Of a stretch of DNA of 64,000 bases, positions 15,898 to 29,333 are shown piece after piece. Source of the DNA: the human T2T-CHM13v2.0 reference genome, Homo sapiens; NCBI RefSeq assembly GCF_009914755.1, contig NC_060933.1; one strand, written 5' to 3'. The stretch's first letter is position 1, and the number at the start of each line of letters is the position of its first letter. Both the position numbers and the translations under genes were made by a program. The notes beneath the pieces are model-generated. The model was not told the DNA's origin. It saw nothing but the letters and a program-made list of their open reading frames with translations, and made no database searches.

Positions 15898-17189
15898 GTA
15901 ACATAAAGGGGATACTAAAATGGGGGTGGTGAGATAATAGCTACTCTGCAAAAGGAAAGGAACTGGGATAACCTCCCCCATCTCACCCATAGCTCCAATG
16001 GAAAGAAATGAAAAAAGCTACTATGCCTGTTCTGAATAAAAGAAAAATATTGCCAGATATGTGCTTAGATTTGCGTTTGGGTATAGTTATGAGATAGGTT
16101 ATGATGTGCTGCAGGTAATATTAATAGCCATAATAAAGAGTACATTAATTGGCTTTCTAGGTAAATAATATAAGGTAATACTCTCTTGATCATACGGGTA
16201 CAGCATGGTATTATCATCTGGAGCTTAGATTTGTTCCAGCTTTACAGAATAGAAGCAATGGACTTTTCCATCTGTTTTTAATCACTGATGATGTCAATTT
16301 TTTGATTAGCCACAAACTTCAAAATGTTAGAAAAAAAATGAAAAAATTCATTTGAGTGAGATTTAAATATTATCAAAATATTTAATCTAATATATGAATT
16401 AATCAGATTTAGCACTCACTAGCAGAGATATTTTGAAATATATTCCTTTAATATTGAGTTTTGAATATTATAATTGTTTTTATTATTACAAATGTCAATT
16501 CTTGAAATATTTTCAATTTCCAGAAACAAACTTAGAATACTGTCTTTAAAGTGAGTAATAAACTTTCCCAACTGTTTTATCACCAGCTGTACCTACACTG
16601 AAGGCATATACTTTTATAGAAAGGTAGACTCTACAGCTTATTTTAAAATTTTATTCATTGGACAACCTGTAAATAGATTGAATTGAGGATATTGATTGTT
16701 CATGAGTAAGCTGGCTAGTGCTTTACTAAATTAATGAAATAATTAGTTAAAAATTGACTGTGAAAAACAGAAACAGACAAATCAAATGAAATGTGAAGTG
16801 TTAAATTTTAAAGCAATGCATTTAGAAACTCCAATGTATAAAAGGGAACATAATCAATAACTTCTATAGTTCCACCTAGAAAACTATGTGAAGACACTGG
16901 CTAGAACTTTTCCAAGTCATTTTGAAGATAGCCAGTTTAGGACATCTTTAATTAAAATGGCAAAAAAACCTTACTAAGTTACAATTAATAATAGAGTGTT
17001 TACATTCATTCGAAATCTATTCTACAGTAAGTCCTATTTTAATATTTGAATTGTTTGTTTTTTATTTCATTTGACCAAAACTATGAAAAATCAAAATTAA
17101 ATAGTTCACACAAACATATCTGGTTTTGAAAGGAAAATGGTGCAAATATAAAACTCAGAAGATGCAAGGAGTAAAAGAAGCAATTTAAA

Positions 17190-17330
17190 GTAGAATGAGT
17201 ACAGATATGGTATCTGGGGGCTATATTCCAGCCCTGGCTCTTCCACTAACGGCTGAGGGAAACTGGACAAGTCATTGAGCATCTGGAGCCTTTAATTTCT
17301 TCCTATGCAAGTTGAGGGGATGAACGATGT
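17190..17330 (+). mobile_element. MIR SINE
   Basis: CCCTGGCTCTTCCACTAAC...GGACAAGTCATTGAGCATCTGGAGCCTTTAATTTCTTC. Confidence 0.6.
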
Positions 17331-17896
17331 CTGTAAGACTCCTCTTTCTAAATAAATCCTTGATCTTTAAGTAAGCCCAAATACAGATGGCAAGTAATAT
17401 TTCTATAGATTCTGAGCACAAACCTCCCCTAATAAAAGTTGTTCAAGGAGTCTCCATAGACTTTATAACAAAGCCTATAATATGGGATACCTATCATCAA
17501 TTGACTCCCTACTATATACCACTCCTATTTCTTTTGTAGCTTATTGTCCATTGCACTAAGTTCCGTGAATGTTGAACTGTTCATATTTTCTCTTATGCCC
17601 AGGGTTTTATCTCTAGATTCACTCAACAAACTTTAAAGAGGCCAAGCTAAATCGTTTTAGTGAGTGAAGCAACTTACAGTGGGCAAATAAAAGGATCTGA
17701 ATTTGTAGTCCTTAATGTTGATGGGTATTATTTTGTGCCCATATACAAATCCTTGAGCTTCTCCTCTAGCAAAGAGAGGTTCAAAGTATGAAAGGATGAC
17801 GGTTTTCCCCTAAACAATAACCACCAAAGGCTTACTGAACCTAATCCCCATCTTATGGAATCATTAAGGGCTTTAGGAAAAGCAGTTATCCCTAGG

Positions 17897-18870
17897 ATAG
17901 ATGTTGGCGTAGAGGTGGTGAAAAGGGAACGCTTTTATTCTGCTGGTGAGAAAGTAAACTAGTGCAGCCACTATGGAAAACAGTCAGTATAGAGCTTCCT
18001 TAAAGAACTAAAAGTGAACTACCACTCGATCCAGCAATCTCACTACTGGGTATCCACCCAAAGGAAAGTAAGTCATTATATGAAAAAGATACTTGCACAC
18101 GCATGTTTATAGCAGCACAATTTGCAATTACAAAAATATGAAACCAGCCTAAATACCCATCAATCAACAAGTAGATAAAGAAAATGTGGTATATATACAC
18201 GATGGCAAACTACTCAGCTATAAAAAGGAAAAAAATAGTGGCATTCACAGCAACCTGGATGGATTTGGAGACAATTATTGTAAGTGAAGTAACTCAGGAA
18301 TGGAAATCAAATATTGCATGTTCTCGCTTGTAAGTGGGAGCTAAGCCATGAGGATGCAAAGGCATAAGAATGCTATAATGGCCAGGCATGGTGGCTCACA
18401 CCTGTAATCCCAGCACTTTGGGAGGCTGAGGAGGCCAGATCACGAGATCAGGAGTTCGAGACCAGCCTGACCAACATGGTGAAATACCCTCTCTACTAAA
18501 AATACAAAAATTAGCTGGGTGTGGTGGCACGCGCCTATAATCCCAGCCACTCAGGAGGCTGAGGTAGGAGAAATAGCTTGAACCCAGGAGGTGGAAGTTG
18601 CAGTGAGCCAAGATGGCACACTGCACTCCAGCCTGGGTGACAGAGTGAGACTCCATTTCAAAAAAAAAAAAAAATGCTATAATGGACTTAGGGACTCAGG
18701 GAGAAGATTGGGAGAGGGGTGAGGAATAAAAGACTACACATTGAGTACAGCGTACACTGCTCAAGTGATGGGTGCACCAAAATCTCATAAATCACCACTA
18801 AAGAATTTATCCTTGTAACCAAAAAACACCTATTCCCCAAAAACGGTTGAAATAAAAAAATAAAATAAAA
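17897..18870 (+). mobile_element. L1PB1-like 3' end interrupted by Alu
   Basis: GATCCAGCAATCTCACTACTGGGTAT, GATGGGTGCACCAAAATCTC...CACCACTAAAGAA, A-rich tail. Confidence 0.9.
18380..18672 (+). mobile_element. Alu (AluSg-like)
   Basis: Full dimer with GATCACGAG; TSD AATGCTATAATG on both sides. Confidence 0.95.
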
Positions 18871-19040
18871 TGTCTTATAATTGTTTTCTGTGACATAATA
18901 GAAGTTAAATAAGAGAAATTTCTTGTTAGAGAAATTCCTTTCCATGCTTTCACAGATTGTGTGGGCTCCAAGAAGAGTGAATGTGATTATCCTAGTAATG
19001 GTATTCCTGGAACTTAGTGAAATGGAGAATAAGCTAGAAA

Positions 19041-20704
19041 AGAGATAGGACACAAACAAATGGAAAAACATTCCATACTCATCAATAGGAAGAATCGATA
19101 TTGTGAAAATGATCATACTGCCCAAAGAAATTTATAGTTTCAATGCTATTCCCATTAAACTACCATTCACGTTCTTCAAAGAACTAGAAAAATATTTTAA
19201 AATTTATGTGAAACCAAAAAACAGTCTGAAGAGCCAAGGCAATCCTAGGCAAAAGGAACAAAGCTGGTAGCATCACATTACCCAACTTCAAACTATACTA
19301 CAGTGCTACAACAACCAAAACAGCAAGACATTCATACAAAAACAGACACATAGACCAGGGGAACAGAATAGAGGCCCAAAGATAAGGCTGTGCTCCTACA
19401 ACCATCTGATCTTCAACAAAGCTGACAAAAGCAAGTAAGGTAAAGGACTCCCTATTCAATAAATTGTGCCAGTTATCAACTGGCCAGCCATATGCAGAAG
19501 GTTGAAACTGGACCCCTTCCTTAAACCATATACAAAAATCATCACAAGAGGGATTAAAGACTTAAATGTAAACCCCAAAACTGTAAAAACCCTGGAAGAC
19601 AACCTAGGCAAAACAATTCACGACATAGACAGAGGCAAAGATTTCATGATGAAAACAGCAAAAGCAATTGCAACAAAAGCAAAAATTGACAAATGAGATC
19701 TAATTAAACTAAAGAGCTTCTGTACAGCAGGAGAAACTATCAGCAGAATAAACAGACAACCTACAGAATGGAAGAAAACTTTTGCAAACCGTGCATCTGA
19801 CGAAGACCTAATATTTAGCATCTATAAGAAACTTAAACCTCTTTACAAGAAAAATACAAAACATTAAAAAAGTGGGCAAAGGACATGAGCAGACACTTTT
19901 CAAAAGAAGACATACATGTGGCCAACAAACATATGAAAAACTGCTCAACATCACTGATCATTAGAGAAATGTAAATCAAAACTACAATGAGCTACCACCT
20001 CACACTATTCAGAATGGCTATTGTTAAAAAGTCAAAAAATAACTGAAGCTGGTGAGGCTACAGAAAAAAGGAACGCTTACAGACTGTTGGTGGGAGTGTA
20101 AATTAGTTCAACCATTGTGGAAGACAGTGTGGTAATTCCTCAAAGACCTAAAACCAGGACTGCCATTCAACCCAGCAATTCCATTACTGGGTTTATACCC
20201 AAAGGAATATAAATCATTCTATCATAAAGCCACGTGCATGCATATGTTCATTGCAGCACTATTCACAATAGCAAAGACATTCAACCAACCTAAATGACCA
20301 TCAATGGTAGACTAGATAAAGAAAATGTGGTACACATACACCATGGAATACCATGCAGCCACAAAAAGAATAAGATCATATCCTTTGCAGTAACATGCAT
20401 GGAGCTGGAGGTCACTATACTTAGCAAACCAGCACAGGAATAGAAAACCAAATACCGCAAGTTCTCACTTATAAGTGGGAGCTAAATTATGAGAATACAT
20501 GGACACATAGAGGGGAAGAATAGACACTGGGGCCTAGACAAGGGTATAGGATGGGAGAAAGAAGAGTATCAGGAGAAATAACTAATAGGTACTAGGTTTA
20601 ACACCTGGGTGACAAAATAATCTGTACAACAAACCCCCAGGACATGAGTTTACCTATATAACAAACCTGCACCCTGGAACCCAAAATAAAAGTTCAAATA
20701 AAAA
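19041..20704 (+). mobile_element. 5'-truncated older primate L1 (L1PA13-16-like), decayed ORF2 C-terminus and 3'UTR
   Basis: Degenerate ORF2 ([27 protein letters not shown]); 3' end AATAATCTGTACAACAAACCCC...AACAAACCTGCAC. Confidence 0.92.
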
Positions 20705-21249
20705 GACATAGGAGTAATGTATAGTGGATAGTTGATTGATAATAGATATCCCATGTTACAGGCTTTGTTGTAATGATACCGCAGATTCTTTGAACAACTT
20801 TTAACAGAGTTCCACAAGCTGGACTGAGAGTAAAGACACCAGGCACCGAACAGTGAAATATGGTCTTCCCATTAGTTAAAAGCCTAAAAATTCTCTTATA
20901 TCTGAGGAGATCTGAGATGCAGCCCCAGAGAGACAAAGTAACAGCTATCTAGAACTGGGTGGGGGCAGGGAAAATATATAAAGCTCTTCTGTAGTAATCA
21001 GAAAATATCAGAAAAATATTATCTGTAAACTTTAAGAGTCTGAGGCACAGTCAAGTTCTCAGTTACCAAATGGAGACTTCAGTTCTACCCTTTTCAAAGG
21101 ATGATTTTCACTACTTAGATCTTTTTGTAAAACATTATGATAAGAGCAGGTGTTTTGAGGAAAAGATATATCATAGAGTTGAGTTCAATTTTGTATTTTT
21201 TAGAATGAAGCATGATAAATGAACTGAAATATCTAAATAAATGGTTTAA

Positions 21250-21470
21250 CAGCTAACACTTACAAAAATTACTACTTCCTAAGTGCTACATATGTGTAAT
21301 TATTCAATATGTACAACAAATCTATGAGGTAGTTATTATTATCTTCATCTTACAGATGAACGATTTGAAACACAGCAAGGTTAAATAAACTGCCATACAA
21401 TCAGAAAAAGGAAGGCCACTGTACAGATTCAAATATATCTTACACAAATTCTGCGCTGTTAGCCATTATG
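21250..21470 (-). mobile_element. MIR SINE
   Basis: CTATGAGGTAGTTATTATTATCTTCATCTTACAGATGAA core. Confidence 0.7.
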
Positions 21471-21575
21471 CACCTGGAATAACTCTATTATCCAGGCAAA
21501 CTTACTGCTCTAACACCTGAAATCCAATAGCTTAAGTTAGAAACATTATTGCTCCCTCACATTACAATCTAATGT

Positions 21576-21621
21576 TTGTGTGTGCATGTGTGTGTGCACT
21601 CGTGTGTGTGTGTGTGTGTGT
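21576..21621. repeat. Interrupted (TG)n microsatellite
   Basis: Directly visible. Confidence 0.9.
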
Positions 21622-22529
21622 TTTGGGAAGAGACAGAAGAGGGACATGGTCCATTTCCAACTAATGACCTGCCATCTATTACGTCTTCCAGGGTCTCTAG
21701 AAGAGATAAAGTAGACTTGTGTGAAGATTATTTTTATTCGGAGTTGAACATATACCCATTTTTTCACTGGCCTAACTTCCAGGGGCTGAGGAAGCACATA
21801 ACTGTGAGCCCAGAAAAGCAGATATATCCATCTCTGTCACAAGACAGGGGCTACATAGTGAAGAAGTTAAAACAAATCTGGAGAAGCGATACCAACTCTT
21901 AGCATTGTTATTCACTGAGAATTTCCCTTTACTATGAAAAATCCATTTCATGCTTGTCTACTTTAGTAAATCACAAAATTGAGTTCTAAATTGGTTAAAA
22001 ATGAGAGTGATCACAAGGAAACTGAAAGGAATTTGATGTTGATAATCAGAGGCTGGCATTTGCCCAGATGTTAACATAATCTAATTCTAGTTCATGACCA
22101 TAATCTGTGCAATTTCTCTTCTTGGAGAACGGGTGCTGTTTTCTTGCAAGCTGTTGTTCTAATAAATGCCAAAATGTTGGGTTTTATTTTTCCAAATATA
22201 GAGAAAGACCCATAAGATATATTATTGTAAACTATATTCTCTAATACTGAGCACAAGCTAGGATACATATCGCAAACTACAAGAGAAAAAACACGGCTTT
22301 CATATTTGCTATAACATCTGAATCCCAATACCTTGGCAACCACTCAGTAGGTGAAAGACCTACTTGAGGAGCTGCCTTTATTCTCACCACAGAACCGAGT
22401 GATTATTCTTCTTTTTTCCAATATGGGAGGATGAGGAGTAATTTTCAGTTTGGGGTATATTTTAATTTTTACAAAACATACAATAATAACATACAGCATA
22501 ATGAAGGAACAAAGATATATTCATTTAAA

Positions 22530-22740
22530 AAACAGATTTGTGATCTTCTACTTATTGGTTGTATAACCTTTCAGATTTCACTGAATCCGTCAGGAATTCA
22601 ATTTACTGTCTGCAAAAACAGAAATAAGAAGAATTACTAACTTATGGAAGTATTGTGTGCCTTAACTGAAACAATACGTATAAAGCACTTGTAACATAGC
22701 AGGGCATATGTTATGACCTCAGTGAATCTATGCTATGAAT
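22530..22740 (+). mobile_element. MIR SINE
   Basis: Diverged core and 3' end TATAAAGCACTTGTAACATAGCAGGGCATAT. Confidence 0.55.
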
Positions 22741-23995
22741 ACGATTATATGAGCTAGTATTGTCACCCCAAAGCATTAATTACTTTTATCTTTCCATCTG
22801 CTTCTTTTTGCTATATATTTGTTCACACAGTATTAAAGCAGAAACCTACTTTATTTAAAGCAAAAGGTGATGAGAAGTAAAAAGCCATATATCTGAGAGA
22901 CCTCTGGAGAAAGCCAGGTTGCGTTCCCTTTGGCTTTATGTCACAGCACTAGCATGGGCTGTAGGAAAGAATATACAAAACACATATGATATTTTCAAAC
23001 AATATTAAATCTAAAATGGTTTAAGAAAAACTTCAATTGAGAGAAACTCAACTGAAATAGATGCAAAAGTCTCAGAACTCTGAGCCCAACGTAACAAAAC
23101 ATAATTCTGCTGAGAAGGATGCAAACTAATGTCTCTAGGGATGCATAAATACTAATAGATATTCAATGAGCAGAGAAGACAGGAAACATTATTACCGAAT
23201 AATTCCTGGGAGTATTACTGGCACAAATTAAATATGAATTTATATTGAAACATAAGAGCTACAAAGAGTGATATGAAATGTTAAATGCTTAATAACAGTG
23301 AAGTACTTGTTTCAGTTGAAACAACTGAGGGAATCCATGATTACGCGACTATGAATGGGCAACTCTGCTGAGAGAAATACCCATATAGAGAGAAATCTCC
23401 TATGTTCGATTCTTTTAGGGGGGATGGTGAGGGAAACTGGTTGAAGGCAGAGTCCCAGTTGACTAATATTTTCATTGGGAGAATGTCAAGAACAACTCTT
23501 GTTGAAGGAGAAAAGCATATAGTGGAGAATCAAACAAGGTGATTAAGGGAAAGCAAGTTTAGGAAGAGTTATTAAAGGAAGCCTTCTTGACAACAAGACT
23601 ACCAAGGAAATACAGTGCCTCTTTTCTGGTAATAAAATACTTTACAGCATGATAAAAATGCTGAAAATAAGAAAAACATCATAGATGTAATTATAAGCTA
23701 TTTCATAATGGCAGTTTTGATCATTATAAAGATGCCGATATTGGATTTCTGGGTTAAGATACTGGCAAGTAAGAAGAATTGGCTTTGCTTTCCTCAGTGG
23801 TCTCAATTAAGTATTTTAATTTTGGCATTTCATGTCTCTTTTCCATTTATTTTTGGTGTGGCCATAGCTACCACTTAACCCAAGTAGTTTGCCCTATTAC
23901 CTGCTTCGTTGTTTGCTTTAATGTTCCCTGACTCCAACACAACTTACTAAACGTGGCCTAACATAGTAACTTTAATTACTTCCTTGTCACTAATC

Positions 23996-24457
23996 TGTGA
24001 GAGAGCCAAAATAAAATGTAGAGACAAATCTCTAAAATGTAACATTTTATTTGTAAATCACAGAATTGCAATATGGGGCATACACACAGACCAAGTGGTC
24101 CTCAGTATGTTCAAAGTACAAACAGAAAGTTGGGTTTCACAAAAAGACAGAAATATTGTGTATTGTTTTGAAAAAAAGTTCATTGGCATTAGTAAAGTTT
24201 TGAGGGTTTGGCAAACTGATTTGTGTGTGATGGCAGTAGGTAAAAGCTAGTCTTAGTCTTAGAGTCTCCCAGCAGGTCATTTCAGCAGCTATTAGGTAAA
24301 AGCAGTCTTAGGGTTACAGCACGCAGTCTCAGCAACCCAGCTTGCGGAAAATTATATTCTTGGAGCTGTTTTATGTGCCCCAAGTACTTCTTCACCCGAC
24401 CTCTTGATTCTATTGAGTATGGTGAAAATGACTTAATCTGTATGAACAACTTTCACA
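23996..24457 (-). mobile_element. ERV solo LTR (LTR47-like; subfamily uncertain)
   Basis: TG...CA termini; minus strand starts TGTGAAAGTTG; minus-strand AATAAA near the left end; GAATTGCAATATGGGGCATACACACAGACC motif. Confidence 0.7.
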
Positions 24458-26365
24458 TCTTTTAATGGCTCCCAGTTACTTACAAATTCCTCAAGAAAGA
24501 AAAAAAAAAGGTCATATTAATGCTGAGATTGTGTCAAGCATTGAGCCAGGTACTTTTAGTCTCATCGTATTAAAAGGAGGTGAGAAACTATCTTCCTGCA
24601 TAATAGAAAGTGATAGAGTATTTAGGCTCTCTGTTGGTTGCTGATAGGGTTGCCCTTTCTGAATCCACCTCTGCATCAATTGTAGGGATTATAATTTCCC
24701 ATAATGCAGCAAAGGGAAAAGCAAAATGCGAACAGGTGGTACAAAAACCCTGTCATTAGAATGAAGGAATTTATATGAACAAGAACAAGGGGATATTTGT
24801 GAGTAGGGGACTTTAGAAGGCTTTAGTTGTTTGTTTCTCAAGCATTGTTCCCAGCAAAGGAATAATTACAGATGTTCTACCATTGTGGATATAACAAATT
24901 CCTGTCTACCTCCTCAGATTACTAAGAGAGAAACTGGAGAAACTCCTCCCCTGTCATGTAGAATTACACTAGAAATGCAAAAGTATTTGGTTATCAGTTG
25001 TACACAAATACAGGTAGTTTCTGGTTTATGATGTGAGGGATTCTTACCAAAATCAGATAGAAATTAACTGAAATACATAGTGACAAATTTACCATGCTTA
25101 TGAGAATAAATGAGGCAGCAGGTGAATAATGTTATTTTAGGCAGGAAGAGTTTTAGAGGTAGATAATGGTTTATATACATATATAAGTATATAATATAAT
25201 TAGCTGTATGTTTTAGTCATTTATTTTGACTTTGATGTTTTGAGTGTATCAGTAGCATTGTAATGTTATTTTATCAATGGTAAATGATCCTCCCAAAACT
25301 AGTGTTAGGATGCTATCTCTCTCAGAAGTATAAAGGAATAGCTGGGGTGTCTAAGTAGGCCTTTCTAGCTTTGTCTTTCCTATTTTTTTTTGCAAGTTGT
25401 CTCCTGATTCTCATTTCTCAATTTCTCTTCTCCCTCATTTCACATGAACACTCCATCCAGTTTCATTTCACTGAAAGATTATTATTCAATGTAAAAAAAA
25501 AAAATCAGGCATTATCAGTTCAAATATCCAATTCACTGGATTTTCAGCATTCTTACTAGTTGAAGTTTGGTAACTGATAAGTATAGACCTCCAAGCCCCT
25601 GGCTCTGCCCATTTACACATAACACAGTGGTCTAATACAACCAACAAATTCCTTCCTTTTTTCCCTTAGAAATCAGGTCCTCAATGATGTAGCTCCATGA
25701 TATTAACATGTTGTTGCCCGATTTTCTGAGTCTGTGAACTTGTGCTCTCTTGCTTTAATTAGGATTTTGACAAATCTCCATTTCCTGAAATGCTCTTCTA
25801 ATCAAATGTGTGAAGATTCAAGTCCCCAATTTGTATTCGATAGCTGTCTTTTTCTTGCCAGTCTCCCTTCTTGAACTCTCTCTCAAACCTTCTTTGACAT
25901 GTCCCATCTTGTAACATTTGGGTAGCATACACAGATCCTAATGGCCTTTTGCCAGTCTTTGGGGTAAGGGAATATTTCCTAAACAGCATTAAAAATAAAT
26001 AAATTAATTAAAAATACGAAATTGAACACAATAACAATACAATCTTCTACTGTTCAAATGGCATAACTAAGGGAGGACAACACAAACTATCTAGAATGGA
26101 AAAAAGACTATTTTCCACACAGATAAATGAAAATGATCTCATATCCAAAACATATAAAGAACTATAAATCGACAAGTAAAAGACAGGCCAAAAAAATATG
26201 GCAAAGTGTCAGGAACATGCTAAGCATATTACCAAAGAAACTGTCTATAGCTTCAATAAATATATAATGATTTGCCCATGTTCATTAGTAATCAAGAAAA
26301 TGCAAAGGAAAAAATATAATGAAATGATGTTACAGCTAAAAGAGAATAGGATAAATTATAATGAC

Positions 26366-26727
26366 TATTATGTTCTGAATGTTTGTGTGCCCCCCAAATT
26401 TATATGTTCAAATTCAAACCCCAAAGGTCATGATATAAGGAAGTGGGGCCTTTGGGAGGTTTGCAGGTCATGAGGGCAGAGTGGTCATGAATGAGATTAG
26501 CATCCTTCTAAAAGAGCCCTTAGAAAGTGTATTTGCTCCTTTTCTGCCATGTTAGGATGCTGATGACAGACATTCATAAACCAGTAAGCAGGCCTTCACC
26601 AGACAGCGAATTTCTGATACCTTCTTCTGGATTTCCCAGCCTCCAGAAGTGGAGGAATAAACTGTTGTTGCATGTAAGCCACCCAGTTTATGGTACTTTG
26701 TCATAGCAGCCAGAGCAGTCTGAGACA
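26366..26727 (+). mobile_element. MaLR solo LTR (MLT1A0-like)
   Basis: CTGAATGTTTGTGTGCCCCCCAAATT...GGGGCCTTTGGGAGG...TGAGACA; perfect 5-bp TSD ATGAC at 26361-26365 and 26728-26732. Confidence 0.9.
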
Positions 26728-26908
26728 ATGACTGACAAAGAAATAGGCAATGGGAATTCTCTTACATTGCTAAAGGACATGTAAATTGGTACAAATATTT
26801 GGAAAGGTCTTCGGCATTATCTACTATCGAACCCAGTGTCCTGCAGACTAAATTTCAGACAAAACCAATTCTCATGCATATGCATAACAAACGATATGTA
26901 ACAGTACA

Positions 26909-26943
26909 GTGTTGGTGGTATAGTGGTGAGCGTAGCTGCCTTC
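26909..26943 (+). pseudogene. Retroposed 5' half of tRNA-Gly(TCC)
   Basis: GTGTTGGTGGTATAGTGGTGAGCGTAGCTGCCTTC matches nt 1-35 of human tRNA-Gly-TCC as recalled (GCGTTGGTGGTATAGTGGTGAGCATAGCTGCCTTC) at 33/35; imperfect direct repeats flank it. Confidence 0.88.
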
Positions 26944-27526
26944 AAAAAGATGTGTAACATACATAAAAAATACTTATGATATTTTATCACCATCAAAACC
27001 AACGAGAAACATTGTCTATCAACAATAGAATATATAAATTAATTCTGATATTTTCATACACTAATATGCCATAAGCAATAAAATTAAACAATATACACAT
27101 GCAAAAATATGGATGAATCACAAACATAATTTTAGTAACAAACCCAGTTATAATAGAATATATGTCACATGATTCTATATATATAATTTCAAAAAAAATC
27201 AAGCTAAATTAATCTCTATTCTAAGTAGTTAAGATAGTGGTTTCTTTTAAATAATATGTAGGTGGTAGAGATTTGGCAGAGACACAGAGACAGCTTTTGG
27301 GCTGCTGTTAAAATCTGAAAGTCATTATATATGTATATTTGCTTTGTGATAATTCTTCAAACTGTGTCCTTATGAATTCTGTAATTTTGGGTGTCCATTA
27401 CTAAAAGGAAAAATACAATAATTCTCATTGGGATCAAATGTGTTTTATTTGACTACTGGACTTAGGTAGAAAAAGAGTGTGTTAAATTCATTTTTTATCC
27501 ACATGTTTATTTTTAAAAATTAACTG

Positions 27527-27810
27527 CTCCAGGCATAGTGGCTCACGCCTACAATCCCAGCACTTTGGGACGCCAACACAGGAGGATCACCTGAAGTTTG
27601 AGACCAGCCCGGGCAAGCCATGACAGATTTCATCTCTACAAAAATTAAAATAATTAGTTTAGCATGGGTGGCACATACGTGTAGTCCCAGCTACTTGGGA
27701 AACTGAGGCAGGAGGATCAACCCAGGAGGTTAATGCTGCAAGGAACCATGATCATGCTACTGCATTTCAGCCGGGGTGATATTGTGAGATCTTGTATGAA
27801 AAATAATAAT
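27527..27810 (+). mobile_element. AluJ (diverged)
   Basis: Dimeric Alu with J-type GGAGGATC in both arms; tail decayed to (AAT)/(CAT)n. Confidence 0.9.
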
Positions 27811-28970
27811 CATCATCATAACCATCATAAAAGATATGGTAGTTGAAAGTTTTGAAGACTGTTTCTAATGCTGGAAGTCATATATCCATTTTAGAAACAT
27901 GAATACCAGAAATAAATAAAATGAATTATACCATGTCTTTTTTCTTTTTCAAAATGTGAATTATTTGAAGGGTAAAAGTCATTAATAATTCATTTTAATA
28001 ATCCAGCTGCTGGTTGGAAGTTAATTTATTTTATTGATACATAATATTTGTACATATTTCTGGAGTACATGTGATATTTTCTCACATGTATAGAATGGGT
28101 AATGATCAGTCATGTTATTTAGGGTATCCATTACCTGGAGTATTTATCATTTCTATGTTTTGGGAACACTTCAAGTCCTCTTTTCCAGCTATTTTGAAAT
28201 ACATAATACATTGTTGTTAACTATACTCACCCTACTCTATTATCAAAAATAAGAACTTATTTCTTCTATCTATCTGTATGTTTGTACCTATTAATTAACC
28301 TCTCTTCATCCTCCCACCCCCACCTACACAGCATTTTGAGCCTCTGGTATCCATCGTTCTACATGAGATCAACTTTTTTAGCTCATACATCTAAGTACAT
28401 GTGATGTTTGTCTTTCTGTGCCTGGCTTATTTTACTTAATGACCTCCAGTTCCATTCATGTTGCTGTAAATGACATGATTTCATTCTTTTTTATGGTCAA
28501 GTTGTATTCCATTGTGTATACATACAACATTTTCTGTATTCATTCATCTGTTGATGGACACAAGTTGATTCCATATATTTGCTGTTGTGAATAGTGCTAC
28601 AGTAAACATGAGGGTGCAGGTATCCTTTTGATATACTGAATTCTTTTCCTTTGGATAAATATCTAGCAGTGGGATTACTGGTATGTATGTTAGTTCTATT
28701 TTTAGTTTTGGGAGAAATCATCGTCATGTTTTTCATGATGTCTATACAATTTACATTGCCACCAATGGTGTAGAAGCTCCACATCCTCATCAGCATATGT
28801 TATTTTTTATCCTTTTAACAATAGCCATGCTAACTGGGGGTGATGATATCTTATTGTGGTTTTGATTCACATTTGCCTGATGATTAGTGATGCTGAAGAT
28901 ATTTTTATATATCTGTTGGCCATTTGCATGCCTTTTTCCAAGAAATGTCTATTCATGTCCTTTGCCCATT

Positions 28971-29312
28971 TTCTTTCTTTCTTTCTCTTTTTTTTTTTTT
29001 TGTTTTGTTTTGTTTTGTTTTTTTGTTTTTTTGAGATGGAGTCTTGCTCTGTTGCTCAGGCTGGAGTGCAGTGGCATGATCTCAGCTCACTGCAACCTCC
29101 ACTCCCAGTTCAAGCAATTCTCCTGCCTCAGCCTCCCAAGTAGCTGGGATAACAGACACATGCCAAATTGCCTGGCTAGTTTTTGTATTTTTAGTAGAGA
29201 CAAGGTTTCACCATGTTGGCCAGGCTGGTCTCGAACTCCTGACCTCAAGTGATCTGCCTGCCTCAGCCTCCCAAATTGCTGGGATTTCAGATGTGAGCCA
29301 CCTCACCCAGCC
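28971..29312 (-). mobile_element. Alu (AluSx-like) with long composite T-rich tail
   Basis: Full dimer; CCTGACCTCAAGTGATC. Confidence 0.95.
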
Positions 29313-29333
29313 CCTTTGTGGTCAGGATGATTT

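Larger units (their letters stand above)
26100..27380 (+). mobile_element. Ancient L1 (L1ME-type) 3' region interrupted by MLT1 and a tRNA fragment
   Basis: ATATCCAAAACATATAAAGAACT, TTCATTAGTAATCAAGAAAATGCAA, ATGGATGAATCACAAACATAAT. Confidence 0.7.

Noticed and set aside
22970-23620. Possible L3/CR1 remnants (also ~12740-13180) and faint MLT1/LTR33/MER5 fragments elsewhere
   Set aside because: Too diverged to call by eye; needs Dfam HMM search
26826-26834. Minus-strand GGGTTCGAT (B-box/T-loop-like) about 80 bp upstream of the tRNA half
   Set aside because: Only 9 nt, wrong strand and side, outside the TSD and within L1ME-like sequence
26909-26943. Functional tRNA gene
   Set aside because: No 3' half, T arm or B box; cannot form a cloverleaf
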